Shown here piece by piece: positions 12,461-24,515 of a stretch of 64,000 bases of DNA. The notes beneath the pieces were generated by a model. That model did not search any database. It saw only the letters and a program-made list of their open reading frames with translations, and was not told where the DNA came from. This DNA is from Eledone cirrhosa (lineage: Eukaryota), in NCBI GenBank assembly GCA_964016885.1, contig OZ024740.1:102734001-102798000 (forward strand). The letters are read 5' to 3'. The position numbers and the translations under genes are program-made. Positions within the stretch are counted from its first letter, which is position 1; every line of letters begins with the position of its first letter.

Positions 12461-13639
12461 TATATATATATATATATATATATAATTATATATTCGTGTA
12501 CAGATATTTTTGCATACACAATAACAAAATATAAACAAACGTATTTATTTCACGGGGCTCGATAAGGATAAATATATATCAAATATATAAGAACCCTAGA
12601 GCAAATCCCGAGCAACGCCGGACCATTCTGCTAGTTCTAACTAAAAAAAAAGTCTAAAGTCTGTTATGAGTCTGGGGGCATATCAGGCTGGTGCTTACCG
12701 ATACTGCCAATCCACTGCAAGGTTGATAAAAATAATAGTACCAGTCCAGTACTGGGGTTGATTCTTCCTATCATGTTCTTTGTCACTATCTTTCTCTTTC
12801 TCTGGAAGAAATTGGCTGTATTCTGACCTGGAGAGTGGATGGGCTCTGCCAGGTTTAAAATGACCAAGACATGCCGTATGTTACAACGGTGTCCCTACGA
12901 TTTCATCAGAAGTTATAGGTTCGTACATACATAATTTCATTCACAGGGCTGGGATTGACCCAAAGTTATTGGGAAACAAAACTTCTTAACTAGTCAACCA
13001 AACCTTACTAAAACTAAATCACTTCACTATTTATTGTGTCTATATAACTCTCAACAATGCTAAAACACCTGTTTATTAAACCCACATCTGCCTATGTTGA
13101 TACCTGATATTAGTTTCTCTTTACACTAATTAAAAAACCTTCCTGTTACAATTTTGTTTGCCCAGTAAAACATTAAAATAACAGGAAGTCTAATTGTAAC
13201 TAATAGCAAGCAATCGTTTAAATGCCATCTGGTATTAGGAGAAGTGAATTACCTATCAAACAATGATCCACCCAACTTATAGGTAGATTTATTACACCAC
13301 TAGAGCTAAGATAATGGACTGGCATCATTAGTATAAACAGTGAAAAAAAATATCATTTCATCATCATCATCATCCTTTTTTATGTCTGTTTTTTTTCAAT
13401 GCTTGCATGGGTTGGATGGGTTTCTTCCTGCACAGCCGCCTTCCACTCTTACTACTTCTGCCCAGGGTTTCTTTGGCATTCCTTTACTGCACCACCTACA
13501 TAGAGCTCCTGCACTTCACATAGCAATCAGTACTTTGCAGGCAAGTATAGGGCTAATATACCTTATATATCAATGTTTGTTATTAAGTTAAAATTCCATC
13601 TTTAGATAAAAGGATCTGAATTAGAGTATGAGGGGAGAT

Positions 13640-14135
13640 GTGAAGGTGTGTGACCTAGTGGTTAGTATGTTGAACTTACAATCATAATGTCATGGATTCT
13701 ATTCCTGGATTGGGTTATGCATTGCATTCTTGAGCAAAACACTTCATTTCACATTGATCCAGTATACTCAGCTGAAACTAAGTACCAGCAGTAGATGGGA
13801 GTTTAACCCTGTGATGGATTGGTGTCCTCTTGAGGGGGAAGTCTTGTATTCTCAGTTGCTTAACACCACAGAAACCAAGATAAGCACTGGCCTGATGAGT
13901 CTCCAGGTTCAAAGTTGGTGTGAGTGCAGTAGAATCCTTAGAGCATTGAACAAAGTACTTTACAGCATTTAGTTCCAGCCCTTTATGTTTGGAGTTTAAA
14001 TCTCACTCAGATCAACTTTGCCTTTGATCCTGTCAGGGTAGATAAAATCAAGTACCAGTCATGTACAGAGGTTGATGTAATTGATGTCCCTTCTCCCACA
14101 GTTTGTTGGGTTTATATTTAAAGTAGAAATCATTA
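13640..14135 (+). mobile_element. Degenerate SINE B followed by degenerate SINE A
   Basis: Both family cores are recognisable (cttgagcaaaacacttcatttcacattg; actttgcctttgatcc..gataaaatcaagtaccag). Confidence 0.7.
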
Positions 14136-14371
14136 TTAAGCTGGTGTTTAGAGCATAATTTAACGAAGGTTCTTACGTAAAATTACAATGGAAGGTTTTT
14201 AGATAAACATAGAGACTTTAAAATAAACAGCTTTGTTTCATATACCTAGGGTCAGTTTCAGGCAATTATGTTGGGATTCAATTTTTTTCATGTACTGGTA
14301 TAAGCATGACTGTGGATTAAAGACTTATTTTGCAGCTATATAGTTTTAGATTCAGTCCTACTGCTGAGCAA

Positions 14372-14920
14372 GATTGCAATAAGAGTGGTGATAACAATAA
14401 GACTGCAATAACAGTGGTGATGATGATAAGGCTGCAATAATAGTGGTGATGATGATAAGGCTGCAATAACAGTGGTGATGATGATAAGGATGCAATAAGA
14501 GTGGTGATGATGATAAGACTGCAATAACAGTGGTGATGGTGATAAGACTGCAAAAGAGTGGTGATAACAATAAGACTGCAATAACAGGGATAATGACAAG
14601 ATTGCAATAACAGTGGCGATGATGATAAGACTGCAATAACAGTGGTGATGATGATAAGACTGCAATAAGAGTGGTGATGATGATAAGACTGCAATAACAG
14701 TGGTGATGATGATAAGACTGCAATAAGAGTGGTGATGATGATAAGACTGCAATAACAGTGGTGATGATGATAAGACTGCAATAACAATGGTGATGATGAT
14801 AAGACTGCAATAAGAGTGGTGATAACAATAAGACTGCAATAACAAGGATAATGACAAGATTGCAATAACAGTGGCGATGATGATAAGACTGCAATAACAG
14901 TGGTGATGATGATAAGACTA
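14372..14920. repeat. 29-bp minisatellite, about 19 units
   Basis: Unit aagactgcaataacagtggtgatgatgat; explains the repetitive ORFs at 14317-14990. Confidence 0.95.
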
Positions 14921-14928
14921 TAAACTTA

Positions 14929-15502
14929 CAAACTATAAACTTACACCAGACCATCAGAAAGGTGTATGAAAGAAACCACTGTAAAATCACAGATCAAATA
15001 AACTGACTAAAACAGTCCAAAACGTAACAGGGTAACAGGCATGACTAACTCTGGTGCGTCTGTGATATTGATATTATTAAAACATGTTTAAAATGGGGTC
15101 AACTGGATTTATTTTCAAACTGTAATATCTTTTATCTGAAGGTGACACTCTGAAACATGCCATCAACAATTCAGTTTGATAACAAACTCTTGGTAAATAA
15201 TTAGTGTTTTTAACTCATCAAAAAATGTTATTATTTACCAAGAGTTTGTTATCAAACTGAATTGTTGATGGCATATTTCAGAGTGTCAACTTCAGATAAA
15301 GGATATTACAGTTTCAAAATAAATCCAGTTGACCCCATTTTAAACATGTTTTAATAATGTAAATATCACAGACGCAACAGAGTTAGTCATGTCTGTTACC
15401 CTGTTACGCTTTGGCCCGTTTCACTGAGTTTATTTGATCTGTGATTTTACAGTGGTTTCTTTCATACACCTTTCTGATGGTCTGGTGTAAGTTTATGGTT
15501 TG
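14929..15502. repeat. Long inverted repeat, ~272-bp arms, 30-nt spacer
   Basis: 14929-15200 is the near-exact reverse complement of 15231-15502. Confidence 0.95.
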
Positions 15503-15834
15503 GCATTTAGGATCTAAAATGCCCCAATAAGATACATCATAAACACATTAAATAGTTAAGACTAAGACATATTGCTATTATGAAAAGCTCAACCTGCTAG
15601 AAATAGTAACCTGATCTTAGTTAATTGCAGTTTATATAAGGCACTACCATATTTGTATTTAGTATGAAAAACACTCTCTGGTGATATTTCCCCTCATTGT
15701 ATAGTTTTGCCAGTTGAATTGATTACATTGAATTTGTATATGCATTTAGTTAACTAAATTGTTTGCATATCTGTTGTGGGATTGTAAGCAGATTAATGGA
15801 AAAGATAGACTTTGTATGCGACAGATGCACAGAT

Positions 15835-16370
15835 TATCAACAACTTCTGTTACTTAGTTGATTAAATTAGCAGTGGGGGAGGATGCACTGAAAATGTGAT
15901 AGCCAGGATCAGAACAGGTTGGAAAAAGTTTAGAGAGCTAATACCTCTTCTGACAACAAAGGGCTTCTCGTTCAGGGTGATGCCTGCATACAAACTGCAA
16001 TGCTATATGGCAGTGAATCATGGGCCTTAACCACAGAAGACCTGCGAAGGCTGCAGAGAAATGAAGTGAGTATGCTCTGTTGGATGTGTTTTCTTAGTAT
16101 GCATGAATGACATAGCATAAGTGAATTGGATGTAATGTGCAAGAAAGAAGATTGCGCTGGTATGGACATGTGATGCGTAAGGAGGATAGCAACTGCATAA
16201 AGAAATGCAGAACTATCTCAGTGACTGGAACCTGAGGAAAAGGCAGGCCCAGGAAGACATGGGATGAGACAGTAAAGAGTGACCTTAAGAAACTAAGCCT
16301 CACAACTGAGATGACAAAGGATTGAGAGGGCTGGCACTATGCTGTGGTAATAAAGACTCGGCCAGATGCA
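15835..16370 (+). mobile_element. RTE-clade LINE 3' fragment
   Basis: FCYL..ISSGGGC..ARIRTGWKKFRELIPLL, MLYGSESW, RLRWYGHVMR, GRPRKTW motifs. Confidence 0.85.
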
Positions 16371-17339
16371 TTCAATATGACCTGACCCATCCATGAGCCC
16401 ATCCCCCTCCCTCCCAATAGCACTTCCCACCATCTATCTTCACCACTACTGAAGCCACCACCCATGCTCCCTCCAGAACCACTCCTTAACCATTGCCCCC
16501 ACTCTAAAGACCTTAGACACCCTCACCATTGCACCCTCGTAGCTACTTTCTCTACCACTTGTTCACCCCCCATTACCACCCCACCTTTAACTACCCCCTT
16601 TCTTATCTTTTCAGCATGACCCCACTCTCTATCGAGCACATCCAACATACACTAACCAGCTACACTTACACCTACCTATCTCTCTATCATGGCTCCACCC
16701 CCCACCATATTGACCACATCTCTCACATCACTGTATATCCCCATACACTGATTAGCCACCTCTATCCATCCTCACAAACACCTATAACTTAATACATATC
16801 TCCTTCTCCTGTTGCTCCCTCCCCAAAGCTGAGAGGGCTCCAACAACCTTTCTAGTGATGGTTCCATGAAAATGCACCCAGTACACTCTGTGTGAGTGGT
16901 TGGCGAAACCAGACCTAAAAAGGTTGAGAGGATCCTTCAGCTGTGTCAAAGACACAACAACTTCTCTACATGATAAACACACCCAGTACATGCTGTAAAG
17001 TGGTTTGTGACAGGAAGGGCATCCAGCCATAGAAAGCTTGTGAAACAAGGGGTTTGGAGGATCCTTTATTTTGTGTCAAAAGACACAATAACTTTTCCTC
17101 TGCACTTGATAATGACTGTACATAAGTAGGATTCAGACCTCCTTGGCCTGTGTGGGATATCAGACATAGAGGAAGAAACAGATGAGGGGATAATATAGCT
17201 AGTAGGAGCCTAGAAAACAAAGGAGAGTTGATTACAGAGAGAGAGATAAAGAGGAATAACTTATACAATGTAATATTATAGGGAGATATTAAACTAAAAC
17301 AATATTTGGGCTTAGCTTTAGGAAAATGGAAAAAATACA

Positions 17340-19500
17340 ATTTATTGAATTATTGAAATATCTAAAAATATTCAAAAGTATTCATCGGAATTTTAAATAT
17401 AATTATGTTTATTCATATGAAGATTAATATCGAGTCCTTAGACAACTATCCATATATACAATATATATCTAAACATATCTGGTTGACCGTTAACATTCAA
17501 AACATTTAATTTAAGTTAGTTCAGAGTAATGAATAATATTTTAGGTTATAAAAGTTAATAAATATCTGTATTAATATTAAAGTATACTATCAAGTTTAAT
17601 TTCTAAAAACAAATTTTATGAAATCAAATTTAAATGATTTACAAACACGAGAAAGAAAACATAATGTTTTTACAACCTCACGAAGGTAAACTTTACTAAC
17701 TTTATTATATAATATTAAATTAATAATATAATTTAGAAAATAATTACAGTTGTAATTTTTAAAGAATTTTTAAATTAACAATTTGAATGCTTAAAGGATC
17801 AATGGGCCTTATAATTAAACTTAAAAAAGTCTGATTATTAAATTACATGTGTGCATTTATCAAAAAAATACACAAAGATTATATTATCTAAAGACTTAAG
17901 ATGATACCTCTCAAATAGACATAACATAATACCATACAATAAATAAGTTACTGGAAATATTGTTAAAATTAATGTTTTAGATCAATCATTGTAATAGGGT
18001 AATTTAATAGACATATACTATAAATATAGAAGTCAAAACCTCGTGAGTCCCAAGGATAAGGACCAGATACAAAATAACAAGTGAAAAAAGTAAAAATAAT
18101 GAATTGTTTGCGAGCATAAAAGTGCCCAATATTAAAAATTATATAGTTTAAAATGCTAGAGGGTTTTTAGAAAATTTATATAATAGACAAACAACCTTTC
18201 TAAAGTGTCTACGAAGATGATAGAAAGAAGAGCTAAGGATTTGAATGACCCGAAGGTAACCTGAATTTAATTAAAATAAATTAAATTAAATTAAGTAATA
18301 ATCGTTATATAATTTAGAACATTAAGGAAATATCTAACAATTATAACAATAGAGAGTCATTTGAGTATCCAAATTACTTATAAATGTAACTAGGAGCATG
18401 TTACTATACTAGATAAACAAGTTTGTTCAAATATATAGAGAGAGTATTATAGGTATTAATGAAAGGATATACATATAATAAATAAATAATTACAATCATT
18501 ATTAGTAATGCTATAATTGTAGTTTTACCTCGAGTTCAGTGGAAAGAAAGACCAATATTTGTCGACTAGTATGATTTGTGACATTTATACCTAAATATAT
18601 ATAAAAATATATATGTACAAATCTAACTTTCTGAATCCCAAAACATACTCAAAATGAGTAAAATATATAAATGCATGAATGATTTACGGTTCAATTATAA
18701 CCAGTAATCTTACAAGTTATATATCCAAATTATATATTTAAAACAAATACAAATATATAAGGATCCCAATCTAACCTATATATATCTAAAATAATCCAAA
18801 GGTGTGCATATTCATCAAGAGAACAAGTTAACAAATAATCTGTTTATATACCTAAACAGGACCCTTCAGTCTAACATTAATTCTATCATAAATGAATAGA
18901 AAATAAAACATTATTAAAGTTTTATAAACTGCTATAACGTTTTAGGTACAAGAGTTGATAAGAGACGTCAAAACCTGTTTATTTATTTTGCGAGGCTTGG
19001 AAAGTAGACAAAGCTTTATGAAGGCAATTTGAGAATAATTCACTTTTTTTGTTAATTAAGTTTTCATAATTAGTAATTATTAATAGGGTCTCCTTAGTAC
19101 AGAGGTTGCAGTTAGATGATATAGACGAATTCGGGTAGATTCTACTATTACATAGCTTCGTCCAAAGAATCGAGTATTTTAAATGTTTGTCTTTTAATGA
19201 CCATATAAGTTGTGATAAAGAAGTCAAAGACTTCCTATTAGGATTCGAAAAAGAGCATTTGTGATTCCCAAATCTCGATTTAAATGTCGAAGAAGTTACA
19301 CCAATGTAGTTGTATGTGATGTTATTTGCTTTTACAGTGCATTTATGCACCAAATTTCTATCCAGACAATTATTTTGCAGAGGGCAATCAGGTTTATTTC
19401 TACAATTACATTTCGATTTATTATTATTATAATTTATATTAATACTATTACTAACACTATTATGCTGATTCTGGTTTAGAATTCTACTATTTAGTTTAAT
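17340..19500 (-). mobile_element. Penelope-like (Naiad-type) element 3' part with long AT-rich UTR
   Basis: ORF 18979..19353: YIGVTSSTFKSRFGNH..CNLCTKETLLI..LINKKSELFSNCLH (GIY-YIG); left boundary is approximate. Confidence 0.8.
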
Positions 19501-19783
19501 ATCAGTTGTCTAGAATTAAGGAATACTATTACATATGTCTTCAATTTGTACATTTCAATAATTTTATGTACCACATTCTTTGTTTTTTGCACCTAAAAAT
19601 CAGCTGCAATTGCTAATGAAGAAATTCCTTTATTAATAAATTCTCCTAAGTGACAAGTTACAAATGCTACTATCTGTATAGTTCTAATTTTGTTACTGCT
19701 TTGATAGGCTGTTTGCTTTTTCAGTTCATTACAGTATTAGTTTCTTATGTTTAAGAAACTAATACTGTAGTATGCTTTGTTAA

Positions 19784-19993
19784 CCCTTTAGCATTTTCAT
19801 TAATCTGTATTTACTATTATATTTTCACGGTAAAGCCTTTACCCCACGTAATTACCTCACATAATATCGAGCCTATGAGATTTTGATATTACTTATTTTG
19901 AAAATAATACATTAACATTAGTATGAGCGACCAGTTACAGCTGGTTTGAACAGAGAGGTGAGAGAAATCTGACTGGATACAACCAGTTTAAAT
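19784..19993 (+). mobile_element. piggyBac-type MITE, truncated
   Basis: ttaa-CCCTTTAGCATTT start; internal similarity to 33718-33915. Confidence 0.65.
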
Positions 19994-20284
19994 CAAATTT
20001 GTGACCTCATATTTCATCATTGCACACTTTACATAAATCTTTATAGCCATAAAGCTTTACTTCTCTTATCACATATTCCTTGGCTTATATTCAAGTATAT
20101 ACAGTAATTGTCATCTGCTATCTCTCAAAGTGTAAAACTGGACATCATAAGAAATTTCAACCTTCAAAACTAACTATTATATTTCTACTATCTGCAATAT
20201 AATACTGCTGTCATCTTTGTATCTAATGCTATAACTATGGAATGAAATTGGAGACATAATCTATTATACACACAACATCTATCA

Positions 20285-20685
20285 TCATCATCATCATCAT
20301 TTTACGTCCGCTTTTCCCTGCTTGCAAGGATAGGATGGGTCCTCTTCAGCACACTATTTCTCCATTTATTATGGTCCCTTTTCATCTCCTCTGTGAGCTT
20401 CTGCGATCTGAAGTCAGCTCTTACCACCTCTGCCCATGTTTTTCATGGTCTTCCTCTACTGCATCTTCCTTCCTCTGGGATTTCTTGGCACTTCTTCACC
20501 CAGCAGTCATCTTCCATGTGCATCACATGGCCATAACAACACAGTGTTCTCTCCTGCACACTACAGTTTATCCCTCTTATACACAGTTTCACTCTCAACT
20601 CGTCCATGCTTAGTCATTCATGCACATTGACATTGCACATCCATCAGAGCATGCTTGCTTCAATTCTCTCCAGCCTTTGCATCTA
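20285..20685 (-). mobile_element. RTE-clade LINE 3' fragment
   Basis: Reverse-strand homology to 15835-16370 and a (gat)n tail. Confidence 0.75.
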
Positions 20686-20936
20686 TATCATTTACAAAAC
20701 AATCAACTGATAAACTATGGAACAAAATAGGAGAAATAATTTATGGATACACCAAATTATTTATATTAATCATAAAACATTTGACTAAGAAATAGATATT
20801 TTAAATTGTGATATGTATATTACTGATTAAATCCACAATTCAGTTGGGCCACTGCTGTACTTCATTCACTAAGACTGTGGGTTCAAGTCCAGCTATATGC
20901 ACTACTCTTTGATATGAAAATAAGGATATAATATAG

Positions 20937-21245
20937 CAGCGGTCCCAGACCTTTTTGTGCCACAGACTGGTGTCATGCAAGAGAATTTCTCCATGGACTG
21001 ATGGAGGAGGGGGGAGTTTGTTTGCCTGCAACTAGATGGTCCCATCTAGGGGTGATGGGTGACAGTGACAGTAGACTACTGTGACTGGGACAAGCGTCAA
21101 AAAGAGGCACAAACTGAAGTGGTCATTTTTCTAAATAAAATAACCAGTAGACTGCGATAGTCAATAAAATGGTAAAAAAAAGGTTTTATTCTTTCTGTGC
21201 AGCCCGGTACCAAATGATTCACAGTCTGGTGGTTAGGGAGCACTG
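20937..21245 (-). mobile_element. hAT-Charlie MITE resembling MER1A/Charlie3
   Basis: TIRs cagcggtcccagacc / ggttagggagcactg; imperfect 8-bp TSD taatatag/tagtaaag; internal cctgcaactagatggtcccatctaggggtgatgggtgacagtgacag. Confidence 0.75.
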
Positions 21246-22135
21246 TAGTAAAGTATAATAAGATTTGTTAAAATTTTACCAATGTAGTTATACCATAGCA
21301 AAATAAAATTACAGACATTGTCTTTGATTTTGTTCCACAGTTAAACTATTTAAAGTCTTTTTTACATTCATTCTTTTTTCCAAAACATATTAAATAATTT
21401 TAATAGTAATTTCACAATGGAAAGGCAAACAGAAGTAAACCAGTATTTTCTCATAAACAATTGTCTGCAACTTTATCTAGAGCAAATTCATTTCCTGATG
21501 TAAAGATAAAACAGTACTAGATAAAACAGTAATAGACAACAACACTTCCAAAAACTACCATTCCAAAAGATGAGCACTTCTTGTTATTTACTTAAAATAT
21601 TTTGAATTCAAAATTAATTTTAAACAATATTAAAATTTTGTATTGAGTTTATGAAGAAAATATAATCTGCCTTAATTGGCCTTCAATATTTGAAAATTTT
21701 ATTTTTATTTTATTTTTTTCCTTTTTTTAATTTTATTTTAGTATTTGTCTCACTAGCTCTTTTTGATTATCAACTGTAAGGAGTACTCGATACTTCCCCT
21801 AGTCTGCCATGGCTTACTAGCTCTTTATGGATGTTTAAATTGAATAAATAAATATATAAATAATGAATAGATTAATGCAGATGTGTGATTACTTGAATAA
21901 TTTGTTGAGAATCTGTAATATGATAGATAGTTCTGCAGCAGCTATTGTAGGAAATATTCAACAATACATTATTCATAATGCAATAAATTTAAATAAGAAG
22001 TAACTGTAGATGGTCTTTTACATTACTGACACTTCTCTATTAATGTATTACTTTTATAAACTACACTGGTAAATTACTATATCAAGTTAGGCAATTCTAT
22101 GGCAATTATAGTGCCCCTCTGATTTGCTTTACCAA

Positions 22136-22767
22136 GATTGAGCATTTATAATACAATATGAATCAATAATGGTGCCCCAGCATGGCCTCGGCCTGTTGGC
22201 TGAAACACATAATAGAATAATAGAAAATATTTTTAAATATAGCAAAGTAGATTTCATCCATTGAAATTGTCTTTGTGAAGAAGATAAGAAAATTTTCTGT
22301 TAAATTATGTTAAAAACAGTCATAAGAAACTTATGAATTTGTATTATTTCATGTTATTTTAAAGGTAATAAATAATAAATGAATTACAAGATTTGAATCA
22401 TGAATACATTTCTACCTTGTTCGGTTTTCATCGGCATGACATAAAATAACAAAATAACGAATAAACAAAACAGGAAATTGAGGTATTTTATGTCATGCCG
22501 ATGAAAACCGAACAAGGTAGAAATGTTTTCATGATTCAAATCTTGTAATTCATTTATTATTTTATTATTTCTGTTAAATTATGTTAAAAACAGAGATTTT
22601 CCTACCTTCTTCACAAAGACAATTTCAATGGATCTATTATTTTAGATGAAATCTACTTTGCTATATTTTAAAATATTTTCTATTATTCTATTATGTGTTT
22701 CAGCCAACAGGCTGAGGCCACGCTGGGGCACCTTTATTGATTCATATTGTATTATAAATACTCAATC
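22136..22767. repeat. Long imperfect inverted repeat, ~300-bp arms, 35-nt spacer
   Basis: 22136-22448 versus 22484-22767, with indels and one internal segment kept in direct orientation. Confidence 0.95.
22492..22535 (+). ncRNA. Minimal type-I hammerhead motif (inverted twin at 22397-22440)
   Basis: gtcatg-CCGATGA-aa-acc-gaacaa-ggt-a-GAAA-TGT(T/A)-TT-catgat; 6-bp stem I; U4>C core change. Confidence 0.6.
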
Positions 22768-23059
22768 AAGTCTGAAACAGACAGATAATATAAGATGTCC
22801 TGCTTATATGTACAATGAGAAATATGGTTAAAACTGGGACAAGGAAACAAAGATTGGTATAGCAGAAAAAACTATCTGTAAGTTTTTAGTAAAAGGAGAC
22901 AGGTTTTTCAGGATTATTACATTTCATTTAATCTGTCTATAAATTTTACTGATTTGCCAAAAATATAATTAATATAAATTTTCAAATAAAATTGAAAAAA
23001 CAGCAGATTGTTGACTAAATGTTTTTTTTTTTCATGTAGCCTATTCTGATTTCTGATAT

Positions 23060-23292
23060 GTTAAATGACTAAAAGTACAAGTCTACCCCACTGGACAGGA
23101 TGCCAGTCCATTGCCGAGTTGAACTCCCAGCTATTTCTAGTAATCATTTCATTTTCAGCTGAGAATACTGAAGCAATGTGAAATGAAGTGTTTTGCTCAA
23201 CAACACAACACATAATCCAGTTCAGGAATTGAACCCACGGCATTATGATTGTAAGTCCAACACCCTTACCACTAGGTCATGTGCCTCCTCTA
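23060..23292 (-). mobile_element. SINE family B, degenerate
   Basis: Reverse complement of the tRNA head and core (gtgaaatgaagtgttttgctcaa..aggaattgaacc..taccactagg). Confidence 0.75.
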
Positions 23293-23780
23293 AATGCTAG
23301 TAACTCAAATAAAAAAAAATATATACCATGTAGTTCTGAAAAGTGGTGTAATGTGCCTGACTTATAGTTCAATCTGGCAACCCACTGTGTGTGTGTTTGT
23401 GTGTGTGTATGTACATGCCTTTGTAACAAATGCCAACTCATTCGTGACCTCCTCTGCAGAATTGATGACAAAAGCATGTATAACTTTACTCGTCCCAACA
23501 GCAGATGCTATCGTATTTTCTGTCTGTTCCTTTGATCTCTTTCATCTATCACTTGCACTCATTTCTTTCCTTTGCAGTCATAACATCATTCATTTCATCT
23601 CTCTTTCTTTCTCTCTCCTTCTTCCTTTGTGATGTTTCCTTTAGACATTATTCTCCCCTTTTTTTCTATGCAATTCTTTCCCTCTTCTCACTTTTAATAA
23701 ATGATGCAATACTAATTCACATGCTCTTCAAAGATTCCATCTTTAAACTTTAAACCCCCCTTTCCCTTGTTTTTTCTCTA

Positions 23781-23849
<69 letters not shown>

Positions 23850-23874
23850 AAACACACACACATATATATATATA

Positions 23875-24190
23875 TATCACGACCGTGACCTCTGGCGTCA
23901 CGCAGTAATACAGAGTACCCGACCTCCTATGGGTACAAGCTGAAGCATATAGACAATATGCCCCCACACCCTCCCACTGCAAGGTGGTCGTGGAGGTGCC
24001 ACAGCAAAAAAGCACCCAGCACTCACTGTAAATGAGGTTGGTGTTAGGAAGGGCATCCAGCTGTATAAATCAAGCCAAAATCAGTTCCTGTATGAGCAAG
24101 GCATGGTCAGCCGACCAGACACTGCCCACAACAGGACAACCCGACTAACCCATGCTAGCATGGAAGAACGGACGTAAAACAGTGATGATA
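23875..24190 (+). mobile_element. RTE 3' UTR fragment
   Basis: Closely similar to 63685-64000. Confidence 0.8.
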
Positions 24191-24203
24191 TATGTATATA
24201 TAT

Positions 24204-24515
24204 CCAATGAGTCGTACCGTATACAACTATACCACAGTAAATACAAATCGGAGTCAATAATCTAAACAAAAACGACGTGGCGGACATATAAATAACATAG
24301 CTGTCATTGACAGGTTTGGCCGTGAGTTCTCACTTATATATATAAATTTACACTCACTCTAATAAACCCGCCTATTATTATAACAATATCTGCTCACTCT
24401 GCCATATGTGATTCTGGAAGCAGAGTTTCCTATATACACTTTCTCTCTATGTAACGGGATAGCCATCACGATTTGTATTTACTGTGGTATAGTTGTATAC
24501 GGTACAACACATTGG
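24204..24515. repeat. Inverted repeat with 47-bp arms
   Basis: ccaatgagtcgtaccgtatacaactataccacagtaaatacaaatcg (24204-24250) and its reverse complement at 24469-24515. Confidence 0.9.

Larger units (their letters stand above)
9707..12634 (+). mobile_element. Non-autonomous Helitron with nested insertions
   Basis: 5' TC(tatattactaaa) followed by (tctg)n; 3' hairpin cccgagcaacgccgg then CTAG; inserted at A|T inside another repeat (gagatttggcagcta...ttcta). Confidence 0.75.

Noticed and set aside
14372-14920. CRISPR-like array
   Set aside because: Contiguous tandem units with no unique spacers, no cas genes, eukaryotic context.
17341-17392. Sense hammerhead of the minus-strand PLE (CCGATGA..GATA, then AATAAA)
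   Set aside because: Too decayed and AT-rich to separate from chance.
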